From contig CANFKE010000014.1 of NCBI GenBank assembly GCA_947447465.1, positions 8,531 to 72,530 of the forward strand: a stretch of 64,000 nt of DNA, written 5' to 3'. Source of the DNA: Chitinophagaceae bacterium (GTDB taxonomy: Bacteria > Bacteroidota > Bacteroidia > Chitinophagales > Chitinophagaceae). Positions within the stretch are counted from its first letter, which is position 1; every line of letters begins with the position of its first letter. Positions 19,264 to 28,124 of the stretch are shown here, piece by piece. The notes under the pieces are model-generated. The model saw nothing but the letters and a program-made list of their open reading frames with translations. It had not been told where the DNA came from and ran no database searches. Made by a program: the position numbers and the translations under genes.

Positions 19264-21456
19264 TTATCTCATGAACAACAGTTCGCGATACTTTGGCAAT
19301 GGCCACAATTTATCGTCAACTATCAACTCCAGCTTATCTGCATGGTAGCGTATAGCATCAAAGTAAGGCTTCACCTTATGGCAATAAGCCAATGCGCGGG
19401 CATGCATATCATCTATATTGTTGGCTTCTTTACGCGCCTGTATCATCGCTTCCACATTGTCATTGATGTTCTGTATGTGGTTGCTCATCACCTTCACCAG
19501 GTTCAGCTGCGCCTTGTAGCCGCTTTCATCAAGTCCCAACTCCTTCAGGCCCTTTACATTCTGTATCATGGTATTCTGATACTCTATGGCTGCAGGCAAT
19601 ACGTGGTTGGTAGAAAGGTAACCAATGATACGTGCTTCGATCTGTACCTTCTTTACATAATCTTCCAGCATGATCTCGTGGCGCGCTTCCAGTTCGCGCT
19701 TGCTGAAGATGCCGTTGTCAAAGAACAGTTGTTTAGACTTATCGGTAACGTATGCGTCCAGTGCTTCCGGAGTGGTCTTGAAATTGTTCAAACCGCGGCG
19801 AGCAGCTTCTTCAGCCCATTCAGCGCTATAGTTATCCCCTTCAAAACGTATTTTCTTGCTCTCGGTAATGTAGCTGCGCAATATCTGCAATACTGCTATT
19901 TCCTTCTTCTCTCCCTTCTCTATCAACGCATCAACTTCCTTCTTGAACTGCTTCAGCGTATCGGTCATAATGGTATTCAACACCACCATTGGCGAACCGC
20001 AGTTAGCAGAAGATCCTACCGCGCGGAACTCGAACTTATTACCTGTGAAGGCAAAAGGACTCGTACGGTTACGGTCGGTATTGTCCATCAATACCTCAGG
20101 CAATTGTTTATGTATATCCAGCTTCAGGATCACTTCATCCTGCTCGCTGAACTTCTCTTTTACTCTTGATTCTACCTCATCCAATACCTGTGTCAGATAC
20201 TTGCCCAGATATACCGAGATGATAGCCGGTGGCGCTTCATTGGCTCCCAGACGGTGATCATTGTTGGCCGATGCTATAGCACCGCGCAGCAGGTCTGCAT
20301 GGTCATGTACCGCTTTGATGGTATTCACAAAGAAGGTAAGGAACATCAGGTTGGTGCGTGGTGTCTTGCCCGGCGACAACAGGTTCACACCTGTATCAGT
20401 AGCAAGGCTCCAGTTATTGTGCTTACCGCTTCCGTTCACACCTGCAAATGGCTTTTCATGCATCAGCGCTTTCAGCTTATGACGCTTGGCCACCTTGGTC
20501 ATTACGTCCATCAGCAAGGTATTGTGGTCAACAGCTATGTTCACTTCTTCAAACATAGGTGCACACTCGAACTGTGATGGCGCTACCTCATTATGACGGG
20601 TACGCAACGGAATACCCAACTTGTAAGACTCCTGCTCGAAATCCTGCATGAACGCATAGACACGCTCAGGTATAGAACCGAAATAGTGGTCTTCCAACTG
20701 CTGACCCTTTGCCGGGCCATGACCCAGCAAGGTACGTCCGCACATCATCAGGTCAGGGCGTGCATTGGCCAGTGCCTCATCTACCACAAAGTACTCCTGC
20801 TCCCATCCCAGGGTAGCGGTTACCTTGGTTACGTTCTTATCAAAGTAGTGGCATACATCTACCGCTGCCTTGTCCAGTGCTGCTATCGACTTCAGCAATG
20901 GTGCTTTATGGTCAAGCGACTCACCATTGTAAGCAATGAATATAGTAGGGATGCAAAGGGTCTTACCCGAACCTGCCTCCATTATGAATGCAGGTGAAGA
21001 TGGGTCCCATGCGGTATAACCACGTGCTTCAAATGTAGCGCGGATACCACCGTTAGGGAAGCTCGATGCGTCCGGCTCCTGCTGTATCAGTGCCTCACCG
21101 TCAAAAAGTTCTATCGCAGAGCCATCGCTCTTTATGGTAAAGAAGGAATCATGTTTTTCAGCAGTAGTGCCGGTAAGTGGCTGGAACCAGTGCGTAAAGT
21201 GTGTAACACCACGCTCTTCGGCCCAGGCTTTCATACCCACGGCTACCTGGTCTGCTATACGGCGCTCTATACGCTGGCCCGACTTCGCTGAATTCATAAG
21301 GCTCTTATATGCCTCATCGCTCAGTGATTCGCGCATGGCGCGACCTGTAAATACGTTACTTCCGAACATGCTGGTGATCTTCTTCTCACTGTAGCCGGAA
21401 ACGATCTTCTCTTCGCTCTGCAATGACTGCAAGGCCTGAAAACGTAAATTCGCCAT
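19264..21456 (-). CDS. glnA: Glutamine synthetase type III
   Basis: THFTHWFQPLTG, QQEPDASSFPNGG, HNEVAPSQFE, NGSGKHNNWS, HRLGANEAPP and DRNRTSPFAFTGNKFEFR; start at MANLRF (21456). Confidence 0.96.
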   Translation of the reverse strand: MANLRFQALQSLQSEEKIVSGYSEKKITSMFGSNVFTGRAMRESLSDEAYKSLMNSAKSGQRIERRIADQVAVGMKAWAEERGVTHFTHWFQPLTGTTAEKHDSFFTIKSDGSAIELFDGEALIQQEPDASSFPNGGIRATFEARGYTAWDPSSPAFIMEAGSGKTLCIPTIFIAYNGESLDHKAPLLKSIAALDKAAVDVCHYFDKNVTKVTATLGWEQEYFVVDEALANARPDLMMCGRTLLGHGPAKGQQLEDHYFGSIPERVYAFMQDFEQESYKLGIPLRTRHNEVAPSQFECAPMFEEVNIAVDHNTLLMDVMTKVAKRHKLKALMHEKPFAGVNGSGKHNNWSLATDTGVNLLSPGKTPRTNLMFLTFFVNTIKAVHDHADLLRGAIASANNDHRLGANEAPPAIISVYLGKYLTQVLDEVESRVKEKFSEQDEVILKLDIHKQLPEVLMDNTDRNRTSPFAFTGNKFEFRAVGSSANCGSPMVVLNTIMTDTLKQFKKEVDALIEKGEKKEIAVLQILRSYITESKKIRFEGDNYSAEWAEEAARRGLNNFKTTPEALDAYVTDKSKQLFFDNGIFSKRELEARHEIMLEDYVKKVQIEARIIGYLSTNHVLPAAIEYQNTMIQNVKGLKELGLDESGYKAQLNLVKVMSNHIQNINDNVEAMIQARKEANNIDDMHARALAYCHKVKPYFDAIRYHADKLELIVDDKLWPLPKYRELLFMR

Positions 21457-21556
21457 AAATATTAAATTTTGTGCGAATCTAGAAAATATTTCAGAATCAG
21501 AGAAATTTTTCGACATTTTTTCTTAAAAATGTCACATGTTTATTTATTTTACTACG

Positions 21557-22183
21557 TCAGTATATTGCCCATGGCTGGGCATGATCTACGTAAGAGCAAG
21601 CAAAATCAGTAGTTATAAAGTTTTTTGTAAATACCATTTCCGGCATTTTATTCAATTGCATATAAATATTAATATCTAAAGCCGTGCTGAAATAGGTGAT
21701 CGGCAGATGTTCTTTAAAGTCTATACACCTGCGGCCATACCACTTATATACCGCCTCTTTGGCGCACCAGGCCAATGTAAAATATTTAGGATCATGACAC
21801 ATGGTCTCCTGCTCACTGTCGGAAAGGAACTTATTTTTGATCTGGTCTATCCTGGGGTGCCAGGTCTGTATATCTATACCCGCTGCATCAACAGGATCTA
21901 CCGCTACAGCTATATAAGGCCAAGAGTGCGAAATAGAGAAATGGAACTCATCATCAGGAATACGAGGCTTATCATGCTCATCCTTATGAATAGTATGCAG
22001 CGGAAATTCAGCCTCCAGATGCGTCAGCAAATAACGCCCTGCCAAATGCTCAATACGCCGCTTATCATTCTTTATATCAGAAACGATCCCCGTCTTTTCA
22101 GCAAAAAAAGCCTCATCCTCCTCCACCATCCATATAGCTCCCCGGCCATGGTCACCTATATTCCATTCTTTAAGTAGCGGCAT
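21557..22183 (-). CDS. 4'-phosphopantetheinyl transferase (Sfp-like)
   Basis: HFSISHS, GIDIQ and WCAKEAVYK motifs; start at MPLLKEW with -7 box TACATTTG just upstream. Confidence 0.88.
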   Translation of the reverse strand: MPLLKEWNIGDHGRGAIWMVEEDEAFFAEKTGIVSDIKNDKRRIEHLAGRYLLTHLEAEFPLHTIHKDEHDKPRIPDDEFHFSISHSWPYIAVAVDPVDAAGIDIQTWHPRIDQIKNKFLSDSEQETMCHDPKYFTLAWCAKEAVYKWYGRRCIDFKEHLPITYFSTALDINIYMQLNKMPEMVFTKNFITTDFACSYVDHAQPWAIY

Positions 22184-22201
22184 GATACAAATGTACATTG
22201 A

Positions 22202-22241
22202 TAATGGCTCAATTGCTTAATGGCTCAATAGCTCAATTATT
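22202..22241 (-). repeat. Octamer tandem array (5 x 8 bp) upstream of the PPTase promoter
   Basis: TAATGGCT CAATTGCT TAATGGCT CAATAGCT CAATTATT; its reverse complement shares CAATTGAGCCATTA with 14892-14905. Confidence 0.8.
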
Positions 22242-22256
22242 TGCCGATAATCTGCC

Positions 22257-22307
22257 GGGCGTAGACAGTGTCTCCGTCCAGCATTTAAAGGCCTGACGGC
22301 TGCAATC
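22257..22307. repeat. REP-like hairpin pair immediately downstream of the T9SS cargo gene
   Basis: GGGCGTAGAC-AGT-GTCTCCGTCC (22257-79) is homologous to the reverse complement of 23504-26; GCC-TGAC-GGC-TGCAATC at 22291-307. Confidence 0.6.
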
Positions 22308-22310
22308 CTT

Positions 22311-23285
22311 TTATAATTTTATCACCTTGTTCCTGTACGTGCCACTTATGGAAAGCAAGTACATGCCGGCTGGAAGGCTGTATATGTCAACAATAGCGCT
22401 TTTGGTTATGATTCCGGAACGTACTGTTCTTCCATAAATGTCGCTGAGCGTGTAGGGCAGATCCAGATCTTGAGTTGACGCTTCAAGATGCAATTCTGTT
22501 GTTGCTGGGTTAGGGTAAACATTGAAAGGATTGGGATCATTTAGCTTTGTTACTGACAGCGGGTTTAAATTACAGTTGCGCAATGGCGCGGGGCCGGGGT
22601 AAATACCAGAAGTTGTAACTGAAACCAGGGAGACATTGCACAATGTGTCTACGGTGTATGTCCATACTTTACTGTTCATGCAGCCAGACAGGCAATCGCC
22701 CCAACCTAGTTGAAACGCATATTGCCGGTTTGAACCGCCAGCAAAAGTGATATGGCTTCCGTCACCTACTATAAGTGACAAATAACTGGCACTATAGATA
22801 CCGGGGAAATGAAGCAGACTATCTCCAAATGCTTTGATGTTGATGACCCTGTTTGCCGTAAGTGTGGCTAAGAAATAGCCAGATATTGAAGTGACACCGG
22901 TAATCATAACGCCATGTAAACGACAGAACGTATCGATTGCCGTTCCAGACCACGCTATAGCAGGGTCGTAACTAACCTGAAAGCTAAAGGGTATCCGATA
23001 TTCATGGACGCAGTAATTATTGAATATCGAATCTGCGAATATGGCTGATCCAGTATTGCAGATGGCTGCCATACCTGCCATTACGGTATCGTAGTACTGG
23101 TTCGGAATCTCAATATAGATGGTGTCAGGCGAATGGGTGTTGTAAAGGTGTTGCAGGGCAAGATAACGGCAATCATTTTCGTAACTATGAACAAGCGCTG
23201 CTGATGGCGCGCAGGATGAGGCTACTTGTGATTTTACTTGTAGAGCACAAAATAATAGAAGGATAGAGATCAGGTATTTTTTCAT
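22311..23285 (-). CDS. T9SS type A CTD cargo protein with a GWGDCxxGC motif, function unknown
   Basis: Signal peptide; GWGDCLSGC; C-terminal VYPNPA...YTLSDIYGRTV...LPAGMYLLSI...NKVIKL. Confidence 0.88.
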   Translation of the reverse strand: MKKYLISILLLFCALQVKSQVASSCAPSAALVHSYENDCRYLALQHLYNTHSPDTIYIEIPNQYYDTVMAGMAAICNTGSAIFADSIFNNYCVHEYRIPFSFQVSYDPAIAWSGTAIDTFCRLHGVMITGVTSISGYFLATLTANRVINIKAFGDSLLHFPGIYSASYLSLIVGDGSHITFAGGSNRQYAFQLGWGDCLSGCMNSKVWTYTVDTLCNVSLVSVTTSGIYPGPAPLRNCNLNPLSVTKLNDPNPFNVYPNPATTELHLEASTQDLDLPYTLSDIYGRTVRSGIITKSAIVDIYSLPAGMYLLSISGTYRNKVIKL

Positions 23286-23370
23286 AGAAACCAGTTTTTA
23301 TAAAGTTAGGATTTGTCAAGTGGATATTAGCGATTATTTGATGTTATGTTTTTGGTACTGTCCCCTATTC

Positions 23371-23551
23371 GGCGTAGTCTTCCTGACGCAGTTTATCCCA
23401 ATCGTCTCTCTCACTGTCGCGAGAGTTAGTCCCGATTTTTTCGGGACGCTCTCGTGACGACCTGATTTAACGGGTCTCTGACCCGAATATTTCTTCCATT
23501 GCTGGGTGTAGTCTCTGACTACGCCCACACGGCTTGCGGTCTCCCGACCGC
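23371..23551. repeat. Cluster of five REP-like hairpins
   Basis: GGCGTAGTC-TTCCT-GACG; GTCGCGAGAG[TTAGTCCCGATTTTTTCGGGACG]CTCTCGTGAC; CGGGTC-TCT-GACCCG; GGGTGTAGTC-TCT-GACTACGCCC; GCGGTC-TCCC-GACCGC. Confidence 0.75.
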
Positions 23552-23648
23552 CTTACCACACCCAACACAAACATTCTGCTAATTCTGATTCAGACAACCG
23601 CATCATAACTATAATTTTCTCATTGACGCAACCATTTTTTCATAACTG

Positions 23649-23767
23649 CAAAAAACTCATACACACCCTCCTCACACTCAAAAAACTGATACAAGTTATC
23701 CACACAAAAAAGATCCATGGTGGTACGAAAAGTGTACCATCATGGTACAGAAAGTGGACCACCATAG
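23649..23767 (+). promoter_or_regulatory. Origin/operator-like block: 2 x 15-bp direct repeats, DnaA box, 2 x 22-bp palindromic tandem repeats
   Basis: CAAAAAACT(C/G)ATACA at 23649 and 23679; TTATCCACA at 23696-23704; CATGGTGGTACGAAAAGTGTAC / CATCATGGTACAGAAAGTGGAC at 23716-23759. Confidence 0.5.
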
Positions 23768-23828
23768 ATTTTCGTTCTGCCGATATAATTATTGTAGCCC
23801 AACTTTACTGCCGCAAAAATTTTATCCT

Positions 23829-24662
23829 GTGGAAACAAACAACAACAAAAAGCAAGCAGCACGCAATCTCTTCCTCCACTCCGACAGAACCCGTGCCGAG
23901 ATCGCCGACCTTATCGACATCAACACCAAAACCCTCTACCTGTGGATCAAACATGGTCGCTGGGAAGAAATGAAACTCGCTGCTCGCCAAACACCCGCCA
24001 ACCTGCTGCAAGACCTGTACGACCATATCGGGGCCGTCAACAACAAAATAAAAGAGCGCGAAGACCGTTGTCCCACTTATCAGGAGGTAGAAATGCTGCG
24101 CAAACTATTTGCCTCTACCAAACACATTCAGCGGCTCAACGTGGGTGCATACATCGAAGCATTCACCGAACTCACCTCATTTATCAACGAGTACGACCAC
24201 GATTTGGGCAAGAAAGTACTATCGCTCACCGATAAATACATAAAAGGATTGATCAATCCACTCAGCCCCGAGGCGTATAAACATGTCAGCGATGTCAACC
24301 GCAATCTCGACAAGGCAAAGGAACAGGAAGAAAAAGAGATAGCCGAACTGGAGCAAGAAGAAACAAAAGAACAGGAAGCAAAGAATTCGGCTGTCCTCAT
24401 CCCGTTGCCCGTAAATGTCGAAGATCATCCCGATGCAATAACACCTGAACCAATCGTCTTACCCACGCCTGTGCCCTTCATTAAGATTCTTAAAAGCACA
24501 CCATCATTCTTCGTCCGTCCACCCCTTAGACACTATTTCCCGGCATTACTGTACAAGGTAATCGGGCATCATCGGGCATTCTTCCATTACATAACCCATT
24601 CAAAACCAAACAATAACGACAATTCTATGCCCGATGAAAATTTACAAGGAACAGGGCATTGA
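23829..24662 (+). CDS. Orphan HTH protein resembling Bacteroidota prophage small-terminase-like/DUF1804-type proteins, with a low-complexity C-terminal tail
   Basis: From GTG 23829: KKQAARNLF...TRAEIADLIDINTKTLYLWIKHGRWEEMK (HTH), then LYDHIGAVNNKIKERE...PTYQEVEMLRKL; Glu-rich then Pro-rich tail; no other phage gene nearby. Confidence 0.6.
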   Translation: METNNNKKQAARNLFLHSDRTRAEIADLIDINTKTLYLWIKHGRWEEMKLAARQTPANLLQDLYDHIGAVNNKIKEREDRCPTYQEVEMLRKLFASTKHIQRLNVGAYIEAFTELTSFINEYDHDLGKKVLSLTDKYIKGLINPLSPEAYKHVSDVNRNLDKAKEQEEKEIAELEQEETKEQEAKNSAVLIPLPVNVEDHPDAITPEPIVLPTPVPFIKILKSTPSFFVRPPLRHYFPALLYKVIGHHRAFFHYITHSKPNNNDNSMPDENLQGTGH

Positions 24663-24727
24663 GCAACATATAGCATTACATCCTGCCGGATGCCACTAAC
24701 TAGATACAATTAAAAGATCGGGAAATA

Positions 24728-25423
24728 TTAGGGTGCTACGGGAGCATCTGCTTTTTTATCGGCACTGCTGAATACATATTGTATCAGGTTGGCACCCATT
24801 TGCAGGGCAGCAATGTGCTTTTCGGGGTTGTCATGATGCACTTCAAAGTCTTCCCAGCCATCGCCGAGGTCGGTCTCATAGCTGTAAAAGCATACCAGAC
24901 GACCTTTGTAGATCAGTCCGTATCCTTTGGGTGGCTTATTGTCGTGCTCATGTATCTTAGGCAGTCCATTGGGGAAATTGAACTTCTGGTGGTAGATAGC
25001 ATAGGTAAAAGGTAACTCTACTAATTCCAGCTCGGGAAATACTTTTTTCAGGGCGGGGCGCACATAGGGATCCAAACCGTAGTTGTCATCTATATGCAGA
25101 AATCCGCCACCCTCCAGGTACTTTCTGAGGTTAGCTGCTTCGGCATCATTCAGCGCCCAGCGGCCATGACCGGTCATATGTATGAACGGATAGTTGAAGA
25201 GCTCATTGCTGCCCACCTCTACTCTTGCCTCCTGCAGGCTGAAGGTAGTGTGCAATTGTTCATTGCAATAAGCGGCAAGGTTCTTTAAAGAAGTAGGATT
25301 GGCATACCAGTCGCCGCCACCATTGTAGATGAGGAGGCCCAGCTTTATATTTTGTGCAGACACCTGCATACTCATCAAGATGCAGGCCAGTAAAACAATA
25401 TATCTCCTAATCCTTCCCATCAT
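24728..25423 (-). CDS. DUF4159 domain protein
   Basis: YNGGGDWYANP, YPFIHMTGHG, YLEGGGFLHIDDNYG and DLGDGWED motifs. Confidence 0.88.
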   Translation of the reverse strand: MMGRIRRYIVLLACILMSMQVSAQNIKLGLLIYNGGGDWYANPTSLKNLAAYCNEQLHTTFSLQEARVEVGSNELFNYPFIHMTGHGRWALNDAEAANLRKYLEGGGFLHIDDNYGLDPYVRPALKKVFPELELVELPFTYAIYHQKFNFPNGLPKIHEHDNKPPKGYGLIYKGRLVCFYSYETDLGDGWEDFEVHHDNPEKHIAALQMGANLIQYVFSSADKKADAPVAP

Positions 25424-26135
25424 TGATCATGTTAAAATGCGCACAAGCTGCTATGGCAGCGGTCTCTGTACGTAAGCGCTGATTGCCCAACGTTACCGGC
25501 ACAAATCCGTTGTCCATACACAAACTTACTTCATCGGCTCTGAAATCTCCTTCGGGACCGATAAGAATAACAGTTTCTGAACATGGCTTTAACATTTCGG
25601 CAAAAGGTGTTCTCGGCTGCTCACTGATGCAATGAGCAATGTACTTGTCTTTGATATGCCCGAATTTTTTCACCACCTGAGCTATCGTCATCATATCAGA
25701 CAATTCAGGAAGGAAATCCTGCTGAGACTGCAGCAAGGCCGAGGTGAGTAATTTTTCCCACCGCTCTTGCCTGAAGTGCACTTTTTCTGAGCGGACGGCA
25801 GATATAGGGGTGATGGATGCCACACCAAGTTCGGTAGCTTTTTCGAGCAGCCACTCATTGCGGCTGTTGTTTTTGGTAAATGCGACACAAAGATGAAGAC
25901 TATGCTGCTTATGAGCGCAGAAAGTAACCTCCTGCAGCACCACATCACAACGATGACGCTCTGCATTGCGAATAGTACCCACCGCTACATTGCCCTTTCC
26001 ATCGGTGATCATCAATTGGTCACCGGCCTCCATTCTCAACACCTGCCATATATGTTTTGCGGTGGCTTCGTCCAGTGTTATCGTTTCGTGTTCGATTAAT
26101 TTTCCGTTAAAATAAAATCTGGCGAGATTGGACAT
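25407..26135 (-). CDS. rsmE: 16S rRNA m3U1498 methyltransferase
   Basis: HIWQVLRM, LLEKATELGV, IGPEGDF and LGNQRLRTETA motifs. Confidence 0.96.
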   Translation of the reverse strand: MSNLARFYFNGKLIEHETITLDEATAKHIWQVLRMEAGDQLMITDGKGNVAVGTIRNAERHRCDVVLQEVTFCAHKQHSLHLCVAFTKNNSRNEWLLEKATELGVASITPISAVRSEKVHFRQERWEKLLTSALLQSQQDFLPELSDMMTIAQVVKKFGHIKDKYIAHCISEQPRTPFAEMLKPCSETVILIGPEGDFRADEVSLCMDNGFVPVTLGNQRLRTETAAIAACAHFNMINDGKD

Positions 26136-26160
26136 TCTGCAAAATAAAGAAAATAATCAG

Positions 26161-26739
26161 TTAACGTAAAACCATTTGATTATCCGTTATCATTTTTCTA
26201 AGATTAAGCAAAGCATAGCGCATCCTTCCCAATGCGGTATTGATACTTACACCGGTAAGTTCAGATATCTGTTTGAAACTCTGGTCGGCATATATGCGTA
26301 AAACTATCACCTCTCTTTGTTCCTCGGGCAGCAGCTCCACCATTTTGCGCACACTTTCATGCACCTGGCGGGTCTCTATGCCATCGGAAGCCAGGTCTCC
26401 GGCACCAAAGAGCACAGATATATCCTGTCCGTCGGGGAGCGATACGGGAATGTTCTGGCGGGAGCGGCGGAAGTGGTCCATACAGAGGTTATGTCCTACC
26501 CTGATAGCCCAGGGGAGAAATTTACCCTGCTCGGAATAACGACCGCTTTTGATGGTCTTGATGATCTTTAAGAAGGTATCCTGAAAAATGTCTTCTGCCA
26601 GATACTTATCTTTCACCAGCATGTATATAGACGTATATACTTTGTCTTTGTGGCGAGTGATGAGTACTTCAAGGGCTCTCTCATTACCTTCTGAAAAGGC
26701 ATGTGCTAACTGGGCGTCAGAATAGTGGGATAACTGCAT
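26161..26739 (-). CDS. ECF-type RNA polymerase sigma-70 factor
   Basis: AEDIFQDTFLK (region 2), LPEEQREVIVLR and SINTALGRMRYAL (region 4). Confidence 0.93.
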   Translation of the reverse strand: MQLSHYSDAQLAHAFSEGNERALEVLITRHKDKVYTSIYMLVKDKYLAEDIFQDTFLKIIKTIKSGRYSEQGKFLPWAIRVGHNLCMDHFRRSRQNIPVSLPDGQDISVLFGAGDLASDGIETRQVHESVRKMVELLPEEQREVIVLRIYADQSFKQISELTGVSINTALGRMRYALLNLRKMITDNQMVLR

Positions 26740-26978
26740 AAATCTACTTTTTAGAGTCCGGCGTATAGGGGTACACCGGCAATTGTTCGCAATAAATTAA
26801 AGTAGAAGTATGTTCGCTATAGAGAAGATTTTATGATTAAATACGATGCAAAAAAGTCAAAAAAAACGACACTGCCAAAATTAATTTAACACTTCGGAAT
26901 GTCGTTTTTTAACTGTTCCTATATACTAAGACGAGAAACAAAGCAGAAACGTTAGGCAATTTCAAAAAAAAATCAGCA

Positions 26979-28097
26979 TTATTTTTCAGTACCCGATCGA
27001 TGCCCCTGTAATTTATGTATCCATTCTTCCAAAACAGGCACATGATCAGCATATCTATCGGCAAACAGGGCCTGATGACCATTGATCCGTTTAAAACCGG
27101 CCACCATCTTGTTGATGTCTATATTTTTTTGAGTAGCTGCCATAAACAGACGAGATTCGGACAAATGCTGAGCCAGATATAGCTGCTCCGTTTGCCCCGG
27201 AGTAGGAATAAGTATGGCCCCTCTGTTGAGCAACATGAGGTCCATGATCGTTGAATAGCCGCTGCGGCAAACCACCAAAGCAGCCCCCTGAATGACATGC
27301 GCCAGATCGGGGCCACCTAACCGGCTATGGTAGGTAACATGCGCGGGAATATCATCGGGCATCTTTTGTTCTTTGCCCGCAACGAAGACCACTTTACCCT
27401 TATACTCCTTCACCTGCCGCCAGAGTATCTTTTCAAGAATAGAGCGCTGCGGCTCGGGGCCAGAAAGCAGAATAAGCAGGTAGCCATCCCAATTGGGCTT
27501 TATGCTGACACCCTGAAACTGAGAGAGCAGCCCTATATATCTATGATGAGCGGGCAGATGGGCAGGATGCGACAACCTGCCGGCCAGATTGATATCGCCG
27601 GCCACATCGGGGGTCCAGACCTCATCGAACTGGGCGAGGTATTTATAATGCAGTTTTTGCACGAGTCTGTCAGACCCTTTGCCCATACCTGTCTGCACCT
27701 CCAGTTGATGAGTAATGATCACAGAGGGCACACCGTGGTGGTGCAGTCCGTAGCGATTATCTGAAATGATACCGTCGATGTTCAAATGTTTCAAATGGTC
27801 GGCGAGCCACTTCTGTTCTCTTTTTATGGCATTACAGACAGCCGGCACGCTCCCTATCATACTGATCTTACCCAGACTATCGTGAGCAGAATAAGTAACG
27901 TTATACCCCTCTAAATGAATGGTTTCTATATCTGTATAAATATTCTCAATAAACGATCTCTGCCACTGGTTGCAGGCCACAATAACGTTGTGCCCCAAGG
28001 CTTTGAGGGTATTCATCAATGGCAAGCACCGGGTAGTATGACCCAGCCCCCAGTCGAGTGGCGCAACCAATATCCGCATGCCTGTTTTATTGCTCAA
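26979..28097 (-). CDS. Glycosyltransferase (GT28 C-terminal/GT-B fold), conserved Bacteroidota family
   Basis: LVAPLDWGLGHTTRC, IISDNRYG, LSGPEPQR, RSGYSTIMDL and IPTPGQTEQ motifs. Confidence 0.9.
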   Translation of the reverse strand: MSNKTGMRILVAPLDWGLGHTTRCLPLMNTLKALGHNVIVACNQWQRSFIENIYTDIETIHLEGYNVTYSAHDSLGKISMIGSVPAVCNAIKREQKWLADHLKHLNIDGIISDNRYGLHHHGVPSVIITHQLEVQTGMGKGSDRLVQKLHYKYLAQFDEVWTPDVAGDINLAGRLSHPAHLPAHHRYIGLLSQFQGVSIKPNWDGYLLILLSGPEPQRSILEKILWRQVKEYKGKVVFVAGKEQKMPDDIPAHVTYHSRLGGPDLAHVIQGAALVVCRSGYSTIMDLMLLNRGAILIPTPGQTEQLYLAQHLSESRLFMAATQKNIDINKMVAGFKRINGHQALFADRYADHVPVLEEWIHKLQGHRSGTEK

Positions 28098-28124
28098 TAA
28101 TTTCCCTATTTTTACAAAACTAGT

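Noticed and set aside
19240-20169. 309-aa ORF on the + strand
   Set aside because: Lies almost wholly antisense to glnA, with no recognisable motifs; a shadow of biased codon usage.
23334-23528. 64-aa ORF across the hairpin cluster
   Set aside because: It translates palindromic non-coding repeats; no protein features.
23371-23551. Possible CRISPR array
   Set aside because: No constant direct repeat or regular spacer length, and no cas genes in the window.
26861-26910. AAAAAACGACA...TGTCGTTTTTT inverted repeat upstream of the ECF sigma gene
   Set aside because: Mostly A/T runs with a 28-nt spacer; cannot be separated from chance without comparative data.
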